From an uncultured Candidatus Micrarchaeota archaeon (GTDB lineage: Archaea > Micrarchaeota > Micrarchaeia > Anstonellales > Bilamarchaeaceae), in contig OY970229.1 in assembly GCA_963714085.1 (NCBI GenBank), positions 1,120,001 to 1,184,000 on the forward strand: a stretch of 64,000 nt of DNA, written 5' to 3'. Position 1 is the stretch's first letter, and every line of letters begins with the position of its first letter. Position numbers and translations under genes: made by a program. The notes under the pieces are model-generated. The model searched no databases. It saw nothing but the letters and a program-made list of their open reading frames with translations, and had not been told where the DNA came from. Shown in pieces: positions 43,363 through 52,211 of the stretch.

Positions 43363-45405
43363 ATGGAACTCATAGTGGCAGAGAAGCCGAAGGTAGCGGA
43401 GAAGATCGCCGCGGCCATCGGCACAGGAGTAAAACAGAAGAAAGTCGGCCAGGTATCCTATTACGAAGGCACGCACAACGGCGACGAATTCGTGGTCGCG
43501 CCCGCGGTAGGCCACATATACGGTCTAGCTGAGAAGAAGAAGACGAACACCTACCCGGTGTTCGACATAGAATGGGTCCCGTCCTACGTCGAGTCCAAGG
43601 AGTCGGATTACACCAAGAAATACCTCGACGTGCTGGAGAAGCTGGGTAAGAAGGCGGACGTGTTCGTCTCGGCGTGCGACTATGATATAGAAGGATCGAC
43701 GATCGCGTACAACGTCTTCCGCTTCGCTACCAAGATAAAGGAAGGCAAGAGGATGAAGTTCTCCGCCCTCACATCGGAGACCCTTTTGGAGGCCTACGAG
43801 AACCGGGGCGAATTCGACTACAACAACGCGTACGCCGGCGAGGCGCGCCACATCCTGGACTGGTACTACGGCATAAACCTGAGCCGCGCGCTCATGTCAG
43901 CGCTAAGGGCAGCGCACCGCTACAGGGTGATGTCCATAGGGCGCGTGCAGGGCCCTGCGCTGGACATACTCTGCGACCTTGAGCTGCGGATAAAGGCGTT
44001 CGTGTCCACTCCGTATTGGGAATTGACCGCGGAGGTCAAGGGCGCGGAATTCATGCATTCCAAGGGCAGGTTCCTGGAAGAGGGCGAGGCGCAGACCGCG
44101 CTGGAGCGGACCGCCCAGTCAGGAACGGTCGCTGCGGTCGAGAAGAAGGAGCAGGTGATAAAGCCGAACCCGAACTTCGACCTCACATCGTTGCAGGTGG
44201 AGGCGCACTCGGTATTCAACATTGCGCCTTCCGAGACGCTGGAACTCGCGCAGCACCTCTACGAGGACTCGTTCATATCCTATCCCAGGACGTCATCCCA
44301 GCAGATCCCACCGAGCATAAAGACCAAAGACATAGTCAAGCAGCTCGCCGCCAACCCGGAATACAAGGAGCTGGCAGAGCGGCTGATAAAAGAGAACAAG
44401 ACCACGCCGATCCAGGGCAAGAAGACCGACCCGGCGCACCCGGCAATACACCCGCTCGGGCAGAAGGGCAGCCTGGAAGGCAACGAAAAACGCTTGTACG
44501 ACCTCATAGTGCGGCGCTTTTTGGCGTCCTGCGCCTCCGATGCGAAGAAAGAGAGGACGAATGTCGCCCTGGACGCGGGGGGCGAGCCTTACGAGGCGGA
44601 CGGGGTTGTCACCACGGAACCCGGATGGATAACGTTTTACGGCCAGTATTACAAGTCCGAGGACAAGGAACTCCCCCAATTCTCCAAGGGCGAGAGCGTC
44701 CCACTGAACAATAAGCAGAAGACCAGGAAGGACACCAAGCCCCCGAAGCGCTACACGCAGGCGAGCGTGATATCCGAGCTGGAGCGCCAGCACCTGGGAA
44801 CCAAGGCCACGCGCTCCACCATCGTGGACACGCTGTTCAAGCGCGGCTACGTGGACGGCAAGCCCATAGAGGTCACGGACCTGGGGCTCAAGGTGCGCGA
44901 GGTGCTCCACAAGCACGCCCCTGAGATCCTCGACGAGGCGCTCACGCGCAAGATAGAGGACGACATGGAGCAGATACAGGACGGAAAGCTGGACAAGGAC
45001 ACGGTCATAGGCGAGGGCAAGGAGATACTCACCCAGACTCTGGAGCGCTGGAAGAAGGACGAAGCGAAGATAGGCGAGGAACTCCTTGAGGCGCTGAAAG
45101 CCACCATAGAGAAGGAGAACATGGTGGGCGAGTGCGACAAGTGCGGCAAGCAGCTGCGCATAATCAGGATGAGGACCGGCAGCCAGTTCATCGGCTGCAC
45201 CGGCTATCCGGCCTGCAGGAACACCTATCCGCTCCCCCAGGGCGCGCTCATAAAAACCAGCGACAGGAAATGCCCGGCCTGCGGCAAGCCCATGGTGTAC
45301 GTCATCCGCAAAGGGAAAAGGCGCTTCGAGATGTGCATAGACCCGGGCTGCCCGAGCAAGGCGGACTGGGGGAAGAAGCCGGAGACCCCCAAGAAACAGG
45401 AGTAA
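43363..45405 (+). CDS. topA: DNA topoisomerase IA
   Basis: LIVAEKP, ACDYDIEG, SIGRVQGP, ISYPRT, C-terminal Zn ribbons. Confidence 0.96.
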   Translation: MELIVAEKPKVAEKIAAAIGTGVKQKKVGQVSYYEGTHNGDEFVVAPAVGHIYGLAEKKKTNTYPVFDIEWVPSYVESKESDYTKKYLDVLEKLGKKADVFVSACDYDIEGSTIAYNVFRFATKIKEGKRMKFSALTSETLLEAYENRGEFDYNNAYAGEARHILDWYYGINLSRALMSALRAAHRYRVMSIGRVQGPALDILCDLELRIKAFVSTPYWELTAEVKGAEFMHSKGRFLEEGEAQTALERTAQSGTVAAVEKKEQVIKPNPNFDLTSLQVEAHSVFNIAPSETLELAQHLYEDSFISYPRTSSQQIPPSIKTKDIVKQLAANPEYKELAERLIKENKTTPIQGKKTDPAHPAIHPLGQKGSLEGNEKRLYDLIVRRFLASCASDAKKERTNVALDAGGEPYEADGVVTTEPGWITFYGQYYKSEDKELPQFSKGESVPLNNKQKTRKDTKPPKRYTQASVISELERQHLGTKATRSTIVDTLFKRGYVDGKPIEVTDLGLKVREVLHKHAPEILDEALTRKIEDDMEQIQDGKLDKDTVIGEGKEILTQTLERWKKDEAKIGEELLEALKATIEKENMVGECDKCGKQLRIIRMRTGSQFIGCTGYPACRNTYPLPQGALIKTSDRKCPACGKPMVYVIRKGKRRFEMCIDPGCPSKADWGKKPETPKKQE

Positions 45406-45415
45406 GTGTTTATTT

Positions 45416-46746
45416 GTGACGTGCTCCCACCCTTAAAAGGTGTGGGCTTCCCGTTTCCTCGTCAGCCATTTTGACTAACTCCACGAGCGTTACTTCCCGA
45501 ATGCCCTTCGGTAGCTCTATTGAGTATGTTTATCGCGGCGTTATGGTCCCTTCCGAGTGAAAGACCGCAGTAAGGACAGTCATGCCGCCTTTCATGCAGT
45601 TCTTTCTTGACCATTTCGCCACAATCACTACATATCTTCGTAGTGTTTGCCGGATTCACCAGCATTACTCTCGAACCAGCGCTTTCAGCCTTGTAAGAGA
45701 GTATACTGATGAACTCACTCCATCCTGCGTCATTGATTGATTTTCCATATTGGTTCTCAGCCATCTCTTGAGATGCCAAATCCTCCAATGCGATCATCGA
45801 GTGAGCATGAACCAACTTCGTTGAGAGTTTGTGCAGGAAGTCCCTCCTGGTGTTCCTGACCTTCTCGTGGATTACCGCAAGGCGTTTCCTTGCTTTCTTT
45901 TTGTTGCTGCCGAACCTCCTTTTTCTCGGCAACTGCTTCTGTTTCGCCCTGAGATTATCCTGATGCTTTTTCAGATGCCTTGGATTCTTGAATGCCGTTC
46001 CGTCTGAAAGGACTGCGAAGTTGATTAGCCCCAAGTCCAATCCAACTTGAGAACCATCGTTCTTTTGGACTGGTTTGGCTTCCGTCTCAGCAATTAGAAT
46101 CGCATACCACTTGCCAGACGCTTCTTTTTTCAGCATGAGTGTTTTGATTTTGCCGATGACTTCCCTATGGAGCCTGATGTTGATCTCTCCGAAGGGGCTG
46201 ACTTTCAGCTTCTTGCCGTGCAGAGAAAACCCGGACTGAGGATAGGTCAATGATTTCATGCGGTCTATGCTCCTGAAACGTGGAAACCCTGCATTTATGC
46301 CCTTCTTCCTCCTTGCGACCATGCCGTAGATTGACTTGTTCAGCCGCCTGAAAATATCCTGTGCTGTCTGGGAATACAGGCCGCATTCGCTTGCTTTGAC
46401 TATTCCATTCAGTTCGTTCATGCTGGAAAACTTCTTCTCCTGCTCGTATTTCTGTTTCGTAGCGTCGAGCATGTCATTCCAGAGGTCTTTCGCCCAATGA
46501 AGATGCAGCTGAAGCTCTGAACGTTGTGCTGCATTCGGATACAGGCGGAATTTGTAGGCTCGGTTCATGATAAAATCGCTGAAATGGTCTTTATAAAGAA
46601 GAACCAGCACAGTGCATTTCCGCGGAGGTATTTCCGTGGAGAATAGACCTCTCGTCCAATGACGAGGACGTCGTATCGTACTGGTGCCTTGAACTTTATA
46701 GTGTTTATCCCACCCCTAAAGGGTATAGGTTTTACCACTCACCTTG
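45416..46746 (-). mobile_element. IS200/IS605-family tnpB-only element, second lineage (element C)
   Basis: On the minus strand: TTTAT then CAAGG left end; subterminal hairpins near 46708-46730 and 45426-45446; right end GTCAC. Single copy, so ends are inferred from family conventions. Confidence 0.8.
45462..46568 (-). CDS. tnpB: RNA-guided endonuclease TnpB
   Basis: AYKFRLYPN, GFPRFRS, GLDLG / LEDL / RDHNAA, Zn finger. Confidence 0.95.
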   Translation of the reverse strand: MNRAYKFRLYPNAAQRSELQLHLHWAKDLWNDMLDATKQKYEQEKKFSSMNELNGIVKASECGLYSQTAQDIFRRLNKSIYGMVARRKKGINAGFPRFRSIDRMKSLTYPQSGFSLHGKKLKVSPFGEINIRLHREVIGKIKTLMLKKEASGKWYAILIAETEAKPVQKNDGSQVGLDLGLINFAVLSDGTAFKNPRHLKKHQDNLRAKQKQLPRKRRFGSNKKKARKRLAVIHEKVRNTRRDFLHKLSTKLVHAHSMIALEDLASQEMAENQYGKSINDAGWSEFISILSYKAESAGSRVMLVNPANTTKICSDCGEMVKKELHERRHDCPYCGLSLGRDHNAAINILNRATEGHSGSNARGVSQNG

Positions 46747-46767
46747 ATAAATATTTATGTGCCTAAT

Positions 46768-47541
46768 ATGGGCATGGCAGGATCACAACAATCGCTCCGT
46801 CCCCAGACCCAGATAGCTCCGACTGGTCAAGCCCGGTTCGAGACGAAAAAGCCGCTGGTGGACGCGGTGGTTTTCGGCCTGGATGACACGCTGATAACGC
46901 ACTCATACGGCACCATCACGCCCCCACGGCTGAGGGATGCCGACATACCAGACCTTCTGACGGAGCTCAGGGACAACGGATTAAGGCTGTTCGTAGCAAG
47001 CGGATATCCGCCGGCCAGCGCGCCGGGCCAGGACAACCCAGGTTTAATCAAGCTTTTGACCGACAAGGGGTACACATGCACCGGTAGCGTCACGGAAGGG
47101 GAACATTGGAAAACGGGCTACTCAAGGCCCAATCTAGAGGACCCGGAGGACTCAGGTGCGACGCTACTCATTCCGTCAGCCACGAGCCCTGGGAACGCGA
47201 CTCTTCAAAAGCATCTCCTCATGGAGGAGCTGGGCATCGACCCGTACCTGTTCGAGGCGATATTCTCCTTCCCACATGAGCGCCAGTCCACCATGGAACC
47301 ATACGTCCGGAGCAAAATCGAGATTTACGAGCGCGTCAGGGCGGACACCGGCATAAGCAGCGAACGGATACTGGTCGTGAGCGACAAGGAGGACGAGCGC
47401 AAGGCTGTCGAGGGCATCGGGATCAGATTCGTGCATGTCAAGCGCGCTACCGATGCGGTCTGCGAATCCATGGAAGGCGAGCCGGACATCACGCTCGGGG
47501 AAATGCTCAAGCACCATCTGTTCGGGAACGGCCAGCCATGA
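46768..47541 (+). CDS. HAD-like protein with degenerate motif I
   Basis: AVVFGLDDTL, LFVAS, ILVVSD...GIRFVHV. Confidence 0.65.
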   Translation: MGMAGSQQSLRPQTQIAPTGQARFETKKPLVDAVVFGLDDTLITHSYGTITPPRLRDADIPDLLTELRDNGLRLFVASGYPPASAPGQDNPGLIKLLTDKGYTCTGSVTEGEHWKTGYSRPNLEDPEDSGATLLIPSATSPGNATLQKHLLMEELGIDPYLFEAIFSFPHERQSTMEPYVRSKIEIYERVRADTGISSERILVVSDKEDERKAVEGIGIRFVHVKRATDAVCESMEGEPDITLGEMLKHHLFGNGQP

Positions 47542-47579
47542 AATGAATTCTTTTAAACTCTACCCCATATTCCATAGTC

Positions 47580-48773
47580 ATGCGGGGCATAGCTTCGGTT
47601 GACGTCAAAGGCAAGACGATACTGCTCAGGCTGGACCTCAACGTGCCCATAGAGGACGGAAAGATCGTCCCGGGCCCGCGCATGCAGGTGCACGCCTGCA
47701 CTGCCAAGATGCTCTCGGACAAGGGCGCGAGAGTGATAATACTCGCCCACCAGGGACGAAAGGGCAAGCCTGATTTCACATCCCTGGAGCAGCACGCCAA
47801 GCACCTCCACCACATGATAAAGAAGGACGTCGCATGGGTGGACGACATCGTCGGCCCACAGGCCAAGGAGGCCATAAAGGCGCTAAAAGACGGCGACATA
47901 CTCGTACTGGACAACGTCAGGAACCTGGATGACGACACCAATCATGATGGCAAGATAGTGGAGGAACTATCCCCGCTAGCGGATTATTTCGTCCTGGACG
48001 CGCTTTCAGTGGCGCATCGGAACCAGGCCAGCGTGACGGGCTTCACCAAGACGCTGCCCTCCTTCGCAGGGCCGCACCTGCTGGAGGACGTGGAGGCGCT
48101 CGAGAAGCTCAAGCACAGCAAGGACATCGTATTCGTATTGGGAGGGTCGAAAGTCGAGGATTCTTTCGCGATAATGAAGAAATGGCTGCGCGACGGGCGG
48201 GCGAGGAAGATACTCGTCTGCGGCGCGCTCGCCACGCTGATGCTGCACGCGAGCGGCCACAAGGTCGGCGAGTCCATGGAGTTCCTCAACCTCTCCAACA
48301 TGGAGGCCCACTGCGCCGAAGCCAAGGAGGTGCTGGCGGAATTCAACGACCGCATCTCGCTGCCCGTGGACGTCGGGCTTTCGGTGGGCATGGAGAGGCA
48401 CGAGTGCGGCGTGGCGGACGTCCATCGGGGACAGATATGGGACATCGGACCCAAGACCGTGGAGCTATACAAAGAGAGCATATTCAACTCGCACACCGTG
48501 GTGATGAACGGCCCGGCCGGGGTCTACGAAATGGACGCGTTCTCAAAGGGGACCCGCGGCGTGCTGGAGGCAATAGCCCAGTCCGACGCGTTCTCATTGC
48601 TGGGCGGCGGGCATACAGTGACCGCGGTGGAGAAGTTCGGGATCGAGAAGGAGCACTTCGGCCACATATCGCTTGCGGGCAAGGCCCTCATAGAGTTCCT
48701 GAGCGGGCACGAGCTCCCGGGCCTGAAGGCGCTGGAAGAGAATGAAAAGAAATTCCCGCTCAAAAAGGCCTAA
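47580..48773 (+). CDS. pgk: Phosphoglycerate kinase
   Basis: RLDLNVP, AHQGR, GGSKVED, NGPAGVYE, GGGHT. Confidence 0.96.
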   Translation: MRGIASVDVKGKTILLRLDLNVPIEDGKIVPGPRMQVHACTAKMLSDKGARVIILAHQGRKGKPDFTSLEQHAKHLHHMIKKDVAWVDDIVGPQAKEAIKALKDGDILVLDNVRNLDDDTNHDGKIVEELSPLADYFVLDALSVAHRNQASVTGFTKTLPSFAGPHLLEDVEALEKLKHSKDIVFVLGGSKVEDSFAIMKKWLRDGRARKILVCGALATLMLHASGHKVGESMEFLNLSNMEAHCAEAKEVLAEFNDRISLPVDVGLSVGMERHECGVADVHRGQIWDIGPKTVELYKESIFNSHTVVMNGPAGVYEMDAFSKGTRGVLEAIAQSDAFSLLGGGHTVTAVEKFGIEKEHFGHISLAGKALIEFLSGHELPGLKALEENEKKFPLKKA

Positions 48774-49186
48774 TCCTTGCTGTAGATATCCTTCACTTTC
48801 CCGGTTATCATGGCCTCTATGCCGAAGACGGTGTCTGTCTCCGGGATGATGATTATCGCAGGCCACTCCAGCCCGAGCATCCAGGCGACGCGCACCCTCC
48901 TGTGCCCGTCTATGAGTATGTCCTTGTTGCCCTTCGTCTTCCTGAGCACGATTATCGGGGTCGAATAGCCATGGCCGATGGCGGTGTTTATCATCTTCAT
49001 CTTCTCAGCGGCCGTCGACTCGGTCTCCTCCCCGGCGTAGGTGTAGTACAGTTCCCCCAGCTGCTCCTTCCGAAGCTTCCTGTCCTCCCTCCTGAACCTC
49101 ATCCCGGGATAAAGCTTCTTGTAGTATTCGATAAGCTTGTTGTACAGCTTCTCCTCTTCCTCAGGCGGCACCAGTCCGACGACCAT
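48770..49186 (-). CDS. Stand-alone ParB/sulfiredoxin N-terminal domain protein
   Basis: TPIIV...LIDGHRRVRVA. Confidence 0.7.
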   Translation of the reverse strand: MVVGLVPPEEEEKLYNKLIEYYKKLYPGMRFRREDRKLRKEQLGELYYTYAGEETESTAAEKMKMINTAIGHGYSTPIIVLRKTKGNKDILIDGHRRVRVAWMLGLEWPAIIIIPETDTVFGIEAMITGKVKDIYSKD

Positions 49187-49238
49187 CCAATCACCAGTGG
49201 CGCTATCGAAGAATAAGATTAAATAGGGAAAGCCCGTG

Positions 49239-52079
49239 TCAGCCCTTCTTCATCGCGATCTTCACGAGCCGTCCGTCTATCTCGTACTCGTTCATCTCTT
49301 TCGCGATTTCGAACTGCACCTTGGAGGCGTTGACCTCCGACGAGAGGCGCTCCGCATGCTTCTCCAGTATGGTCTCGAACTCCTTCTCGCTGGATATGAA
49401 GAGCGTTATCTTGTCCGTCTCCACGAGCCCGGCCTCCTTGCGCATGACCTGTATCCTGCGCTTCACCTCGTTGAGGACGCCCTCCTCGTAGAGGCCCTCG
49501 TCTATCTTCCGGTCTATGTGCACTATGCCGGAGCCGAACATCTGGGACGCGATCTCGCCCGCCGGCTCGGTCTCCACGGTGACGGCCTCCTTGGCGTTCA
49601 TCAGCGTCCTTATCACGCTGCTGAAGGCGTTGACCGCGTCTATGGTCTCGTGGGACTTGGTCTCCACGTAGAGCCGGCGTATCGGCCACCTGGCCTTTAT
49701 GCCCGCGGTCTGCCTTGCGGTGAGGCCGACAGAGCAGACTTCCTTCACGATGCCCATCTGGCTCTCCATCACCGCGTCTATGGCCGCGCTGTCCTCGTCC
49801 TCAAGCCCGAGCAGGAAGACGGACTCCGCGCCCTCGAACCTCCTGAAGAACCTCTGGTAGAGGTGCTCGCATATGAAAGGCGACACCAAGGAGAGCATCT
49901 TGAGCGACGATAACGCCGAGGCGTAGAGCACGTAGAACGCCGCGTCCGCGTTCTCCTCCCTGGCTATCCTGTCTTTCGCGATCTTCATGTAGAACCTGGA
50001 GATGTCCTCCACCAGGAAGCTCCTCAGGCCCCTCACAGCCTTGTTCAGCTCGTAGGACTCGAAGGATTTCCTGAAATCCCTCCGCGTGCTGTTCATCCTG
50101 CTGAGCAGCCAGGCGTCCTCGTGGCCCAGCTCCTTGGGCTTCTCCGGCCTCTTCTCGGGGTGGAACCTCTCGAGGAAGAGGACCACGTTGAACGCTATGT
50201 TGAGGTCCGTGCTCGCCTTCTTCATGTCATCCCAGCTGAATTTGAGCTCGTCCCACATGGTGTTGCTCAGGCCCCAGAGCCTGAAGCTGTCAGCGCCGTA
50301 CCTGTCGAGTATCTGCTCAAGGGGGGTGAAGTTGCCCACGGACTTGGACATCTTCTCTCCCTTCTCGTCCACGAAGAAACCGTGCATGAGCACGCGCTTG
50401 TACGGGCAGGCTCCGTACCTTATCATGCCTGAGCCTAGAAGCGAGTAGAACCATCCCCTTATCTGGTCCTGGCCCTCTATTATGAGGTCCGCCCGCTCGC
50501 CGTACTTCTTCCTCTCGTTATCATCCAGGGCCGCCCATACCGCGTTGCCGGAGTCGAACCACACGTCCAGCACGTCCGGAACACGGTCCATCTCTCCGCC
50601 GCATTCGCACTGCAGCTTTATCTCGTCTATGTACGGCCTGTGGAGCTCCTTGACGTCCTTGGGGAGCTCCTTCCTGGAGCCTATGACATTGATCTTCTGG
50701 CATCCGGGTTTTGAACACCTCCAGATGGGCAGCGGGATGCCCCAGTAGCGCTGCCTGGATATGCACCAGTCCGGCGCCCCCTGCACGAACTCCCTGAAGC
50801 GGTCCTTGGCGAACTCCGGATGCCATTCTGTCTTCTCTATCTGCTCCAGCATCTTCTCCTTCATCTTGGATATCGTGATGAACCACTGCTTCGTGCTCAG
50901 GAATATGAGCGGGGTCTTGCACCTCCAGCAATGGGGGTACCTGTGCTTGACCCTCTCCTCTGCCAGCAGCATGCCCTCGTCCGCGAGTATCTTTATCACG
51001 AGCGGGTTCGCGGCGCGCACGTTCTTGCCCGCGAGCTCCCCTGCCTCCTCGGTGTAGTTCCCGTGGGTGTCCACAGGGCAGAAGGGCTCTATGTCGTACC
51101 TCTTGCCTATGATGAAGTCCTCTGGCCCGTGCCCGGGCGCGCAGTGCACCAGGCCGGTCCCCTCCTCGACCGTTACGTATTCGTCGCTGAGCACGACCTT
51201 CCGCTCGTACTCCTTCCTTATCCTGCCCTGGAACGGATGGAGGTACTTGTAATCCTTGAGCTTCCTGCCGCTGAACTCCTCCACCACGGTGGCGGACTTG
51301 CCGACCATGGCCATGACCCTGTCCAGGAGGTCCTTGGCCAGTATCCACGTCTCGTTGTCCACCTTGACCTTGACGTAGGTCAGCGTGGGGTGCGCCATCA
51401 CGGCCATGTTCGCGGCCAGAGTCCACGGCGTCGTGGTCCATATGAGCAGGTACTCGTCCGGCTTGTCCACGGAGAGGAATTTCACGTATAGGGACGGGTC
51501 GGTCTCGTCGCCGTACTCGAGCTCGTAGTTCGCCATCGTGGTCTCGCACCTGAAGCAGTAGGGGAGCACGTAAACGCCCTCGGTGAGCAGGCTCTTCTTC
51601 CAGGCCTCCTGGAGCGTGAGCCAGCTGGATTCTATGAAGGGGTCCTTGTACGTTATATACGGGTTCTCGAAATCCATCCAGACCCCTAAAGAGAGGAACT
51701 GGCCCCCCATCACGCCCATGTACTTGGTGGCGAACTGCTTGCACTTGGCCGTGAACTTGTCTATGCCGTACTTCTCTATCTCGTGCTTGTGGCCTATCTT
51801 GAGCTCCTGCTCCACCTTCACCTCTATGGGCAGGCCGTGGGTGTCGTAGCCCGCCTGGGCCCGCACGTCGCAGCCGCGCATGCGCCAGTAGCGGCACACC
51901 GCGTCCTTCACGGTCTTGTTCCAGCCAGTCCCAGGGTGTATCTGGCCCGTGGCGTACGGCGGTCCGTCGCAGAAGTAGAACTTGGGGCCGCCCTCATTCT
52001 TCTTCATGGCCTTGGCCACGGTACCCTCGGCCTTCCAGAACTCTGCTATCTCTTTTTCTACCTTTTTGTGATCATACAT
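49239..52079 (-). CDS. ileS: Isoleucyl-tRNA synthetase
   Basis: DGPPYATG, GYDTHGLP, WTTTPWT, WCISRQRYWG, DQIRGWF, KMSKS. Confidence 0.96.
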   Translation of the reverse strand: MYDHKKVEKEIAEFWKAEGTVAKAMKKNEGGPKFYFCDGPPYATGQIHPGTGWNKTVKDAVCRYWRMRGCDVRAQAGYDTHGLPIEVKVEQELKIGHKHEIEKYGIDKFTAKCKQFATKYMGVMGGQFLSLGVWMDFENPYITYKDPFIESSWLTLQEAWKKSLLTEGVYVLPYCFRCETTMANYELEYGDETDPSLYVKFLSVDKPDEYLLIWTTTPWTLAANMAVMAHPTLTYVKVKVDNETWILAKDLLDRVMAMVGKSATVVEEFSGRKLKDYKYLHPFQGRIRKEYERKVVLSDEYVTVEEGTGLVHCAPGHGPEDFIIGKRYDIEPFCPVDTHGNYTEEAGELAGKNVRAANPLVIKILADEGMLLAEERVKHRYPHCWRCKTPLIFLSTKQWFITISKMKEKMLEQIEKTEWHPEFAKDRFREFVQGAPDWCISRQRYWGIPLPIWRCSKPGCQKINVIGSRKELPKDVKELHRPYIDEIKLQCECGGEMDRVPDVLDVWFDSGNAVWAALDDNERKKYGERADLIIEGQDQIRGWFYSLLGSGMIRYGACPYKRVLMHGFFVDEKGEKMSKSVGNFTPLEQILDRYGADSFRLWGLSNTMWDELKFSWDDMKKASTDLNIAFNVVLFLERFHPEKRPEKPKELGHEDAWLLSRMNSTRRDFRKSFESYELNKAVRGLRSFLVEDISRFYMKIAKDRIAREENADAAFYVLYASALSSLKMLSLVSPFICEHLYQRFFRRFEGAESVFLLGLEDEDSAAIDAVMESQMGIVKEVCSVGLTARQTAGIKARWPIRRLYVETKSHETIDAVNAFSSVIRTLMNAKEAVTVETEPAGEIASQMFGSGIVHIDRKIDEGLYEEGVLNEVKRRIQVMRKEAGLVETDKITLFISSEKEFETILEKHAERLSSEVNASKVQFEIAKEMNEYEIDGRLVKIAMKKG

Positions 52080-52211
52080 GATTATGCACCCCTATCCTCT
52101 GTCTTTCCTAAGTTAGCCCGAAAACCTATATAAACGGTTGTCGGCATATGGAAACGTTGATTAGGGAACATTTAAAAACAGTTTGTAACACAATAATAAC
52201 TAGGTGGAACT

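Noticed and set aside
48770..49186. ParB-like gene as part of a partition or plasmid system
   Set aside because: No ParA, HTH domain or parS-like repeats nearby; flanked by housekeeping genes
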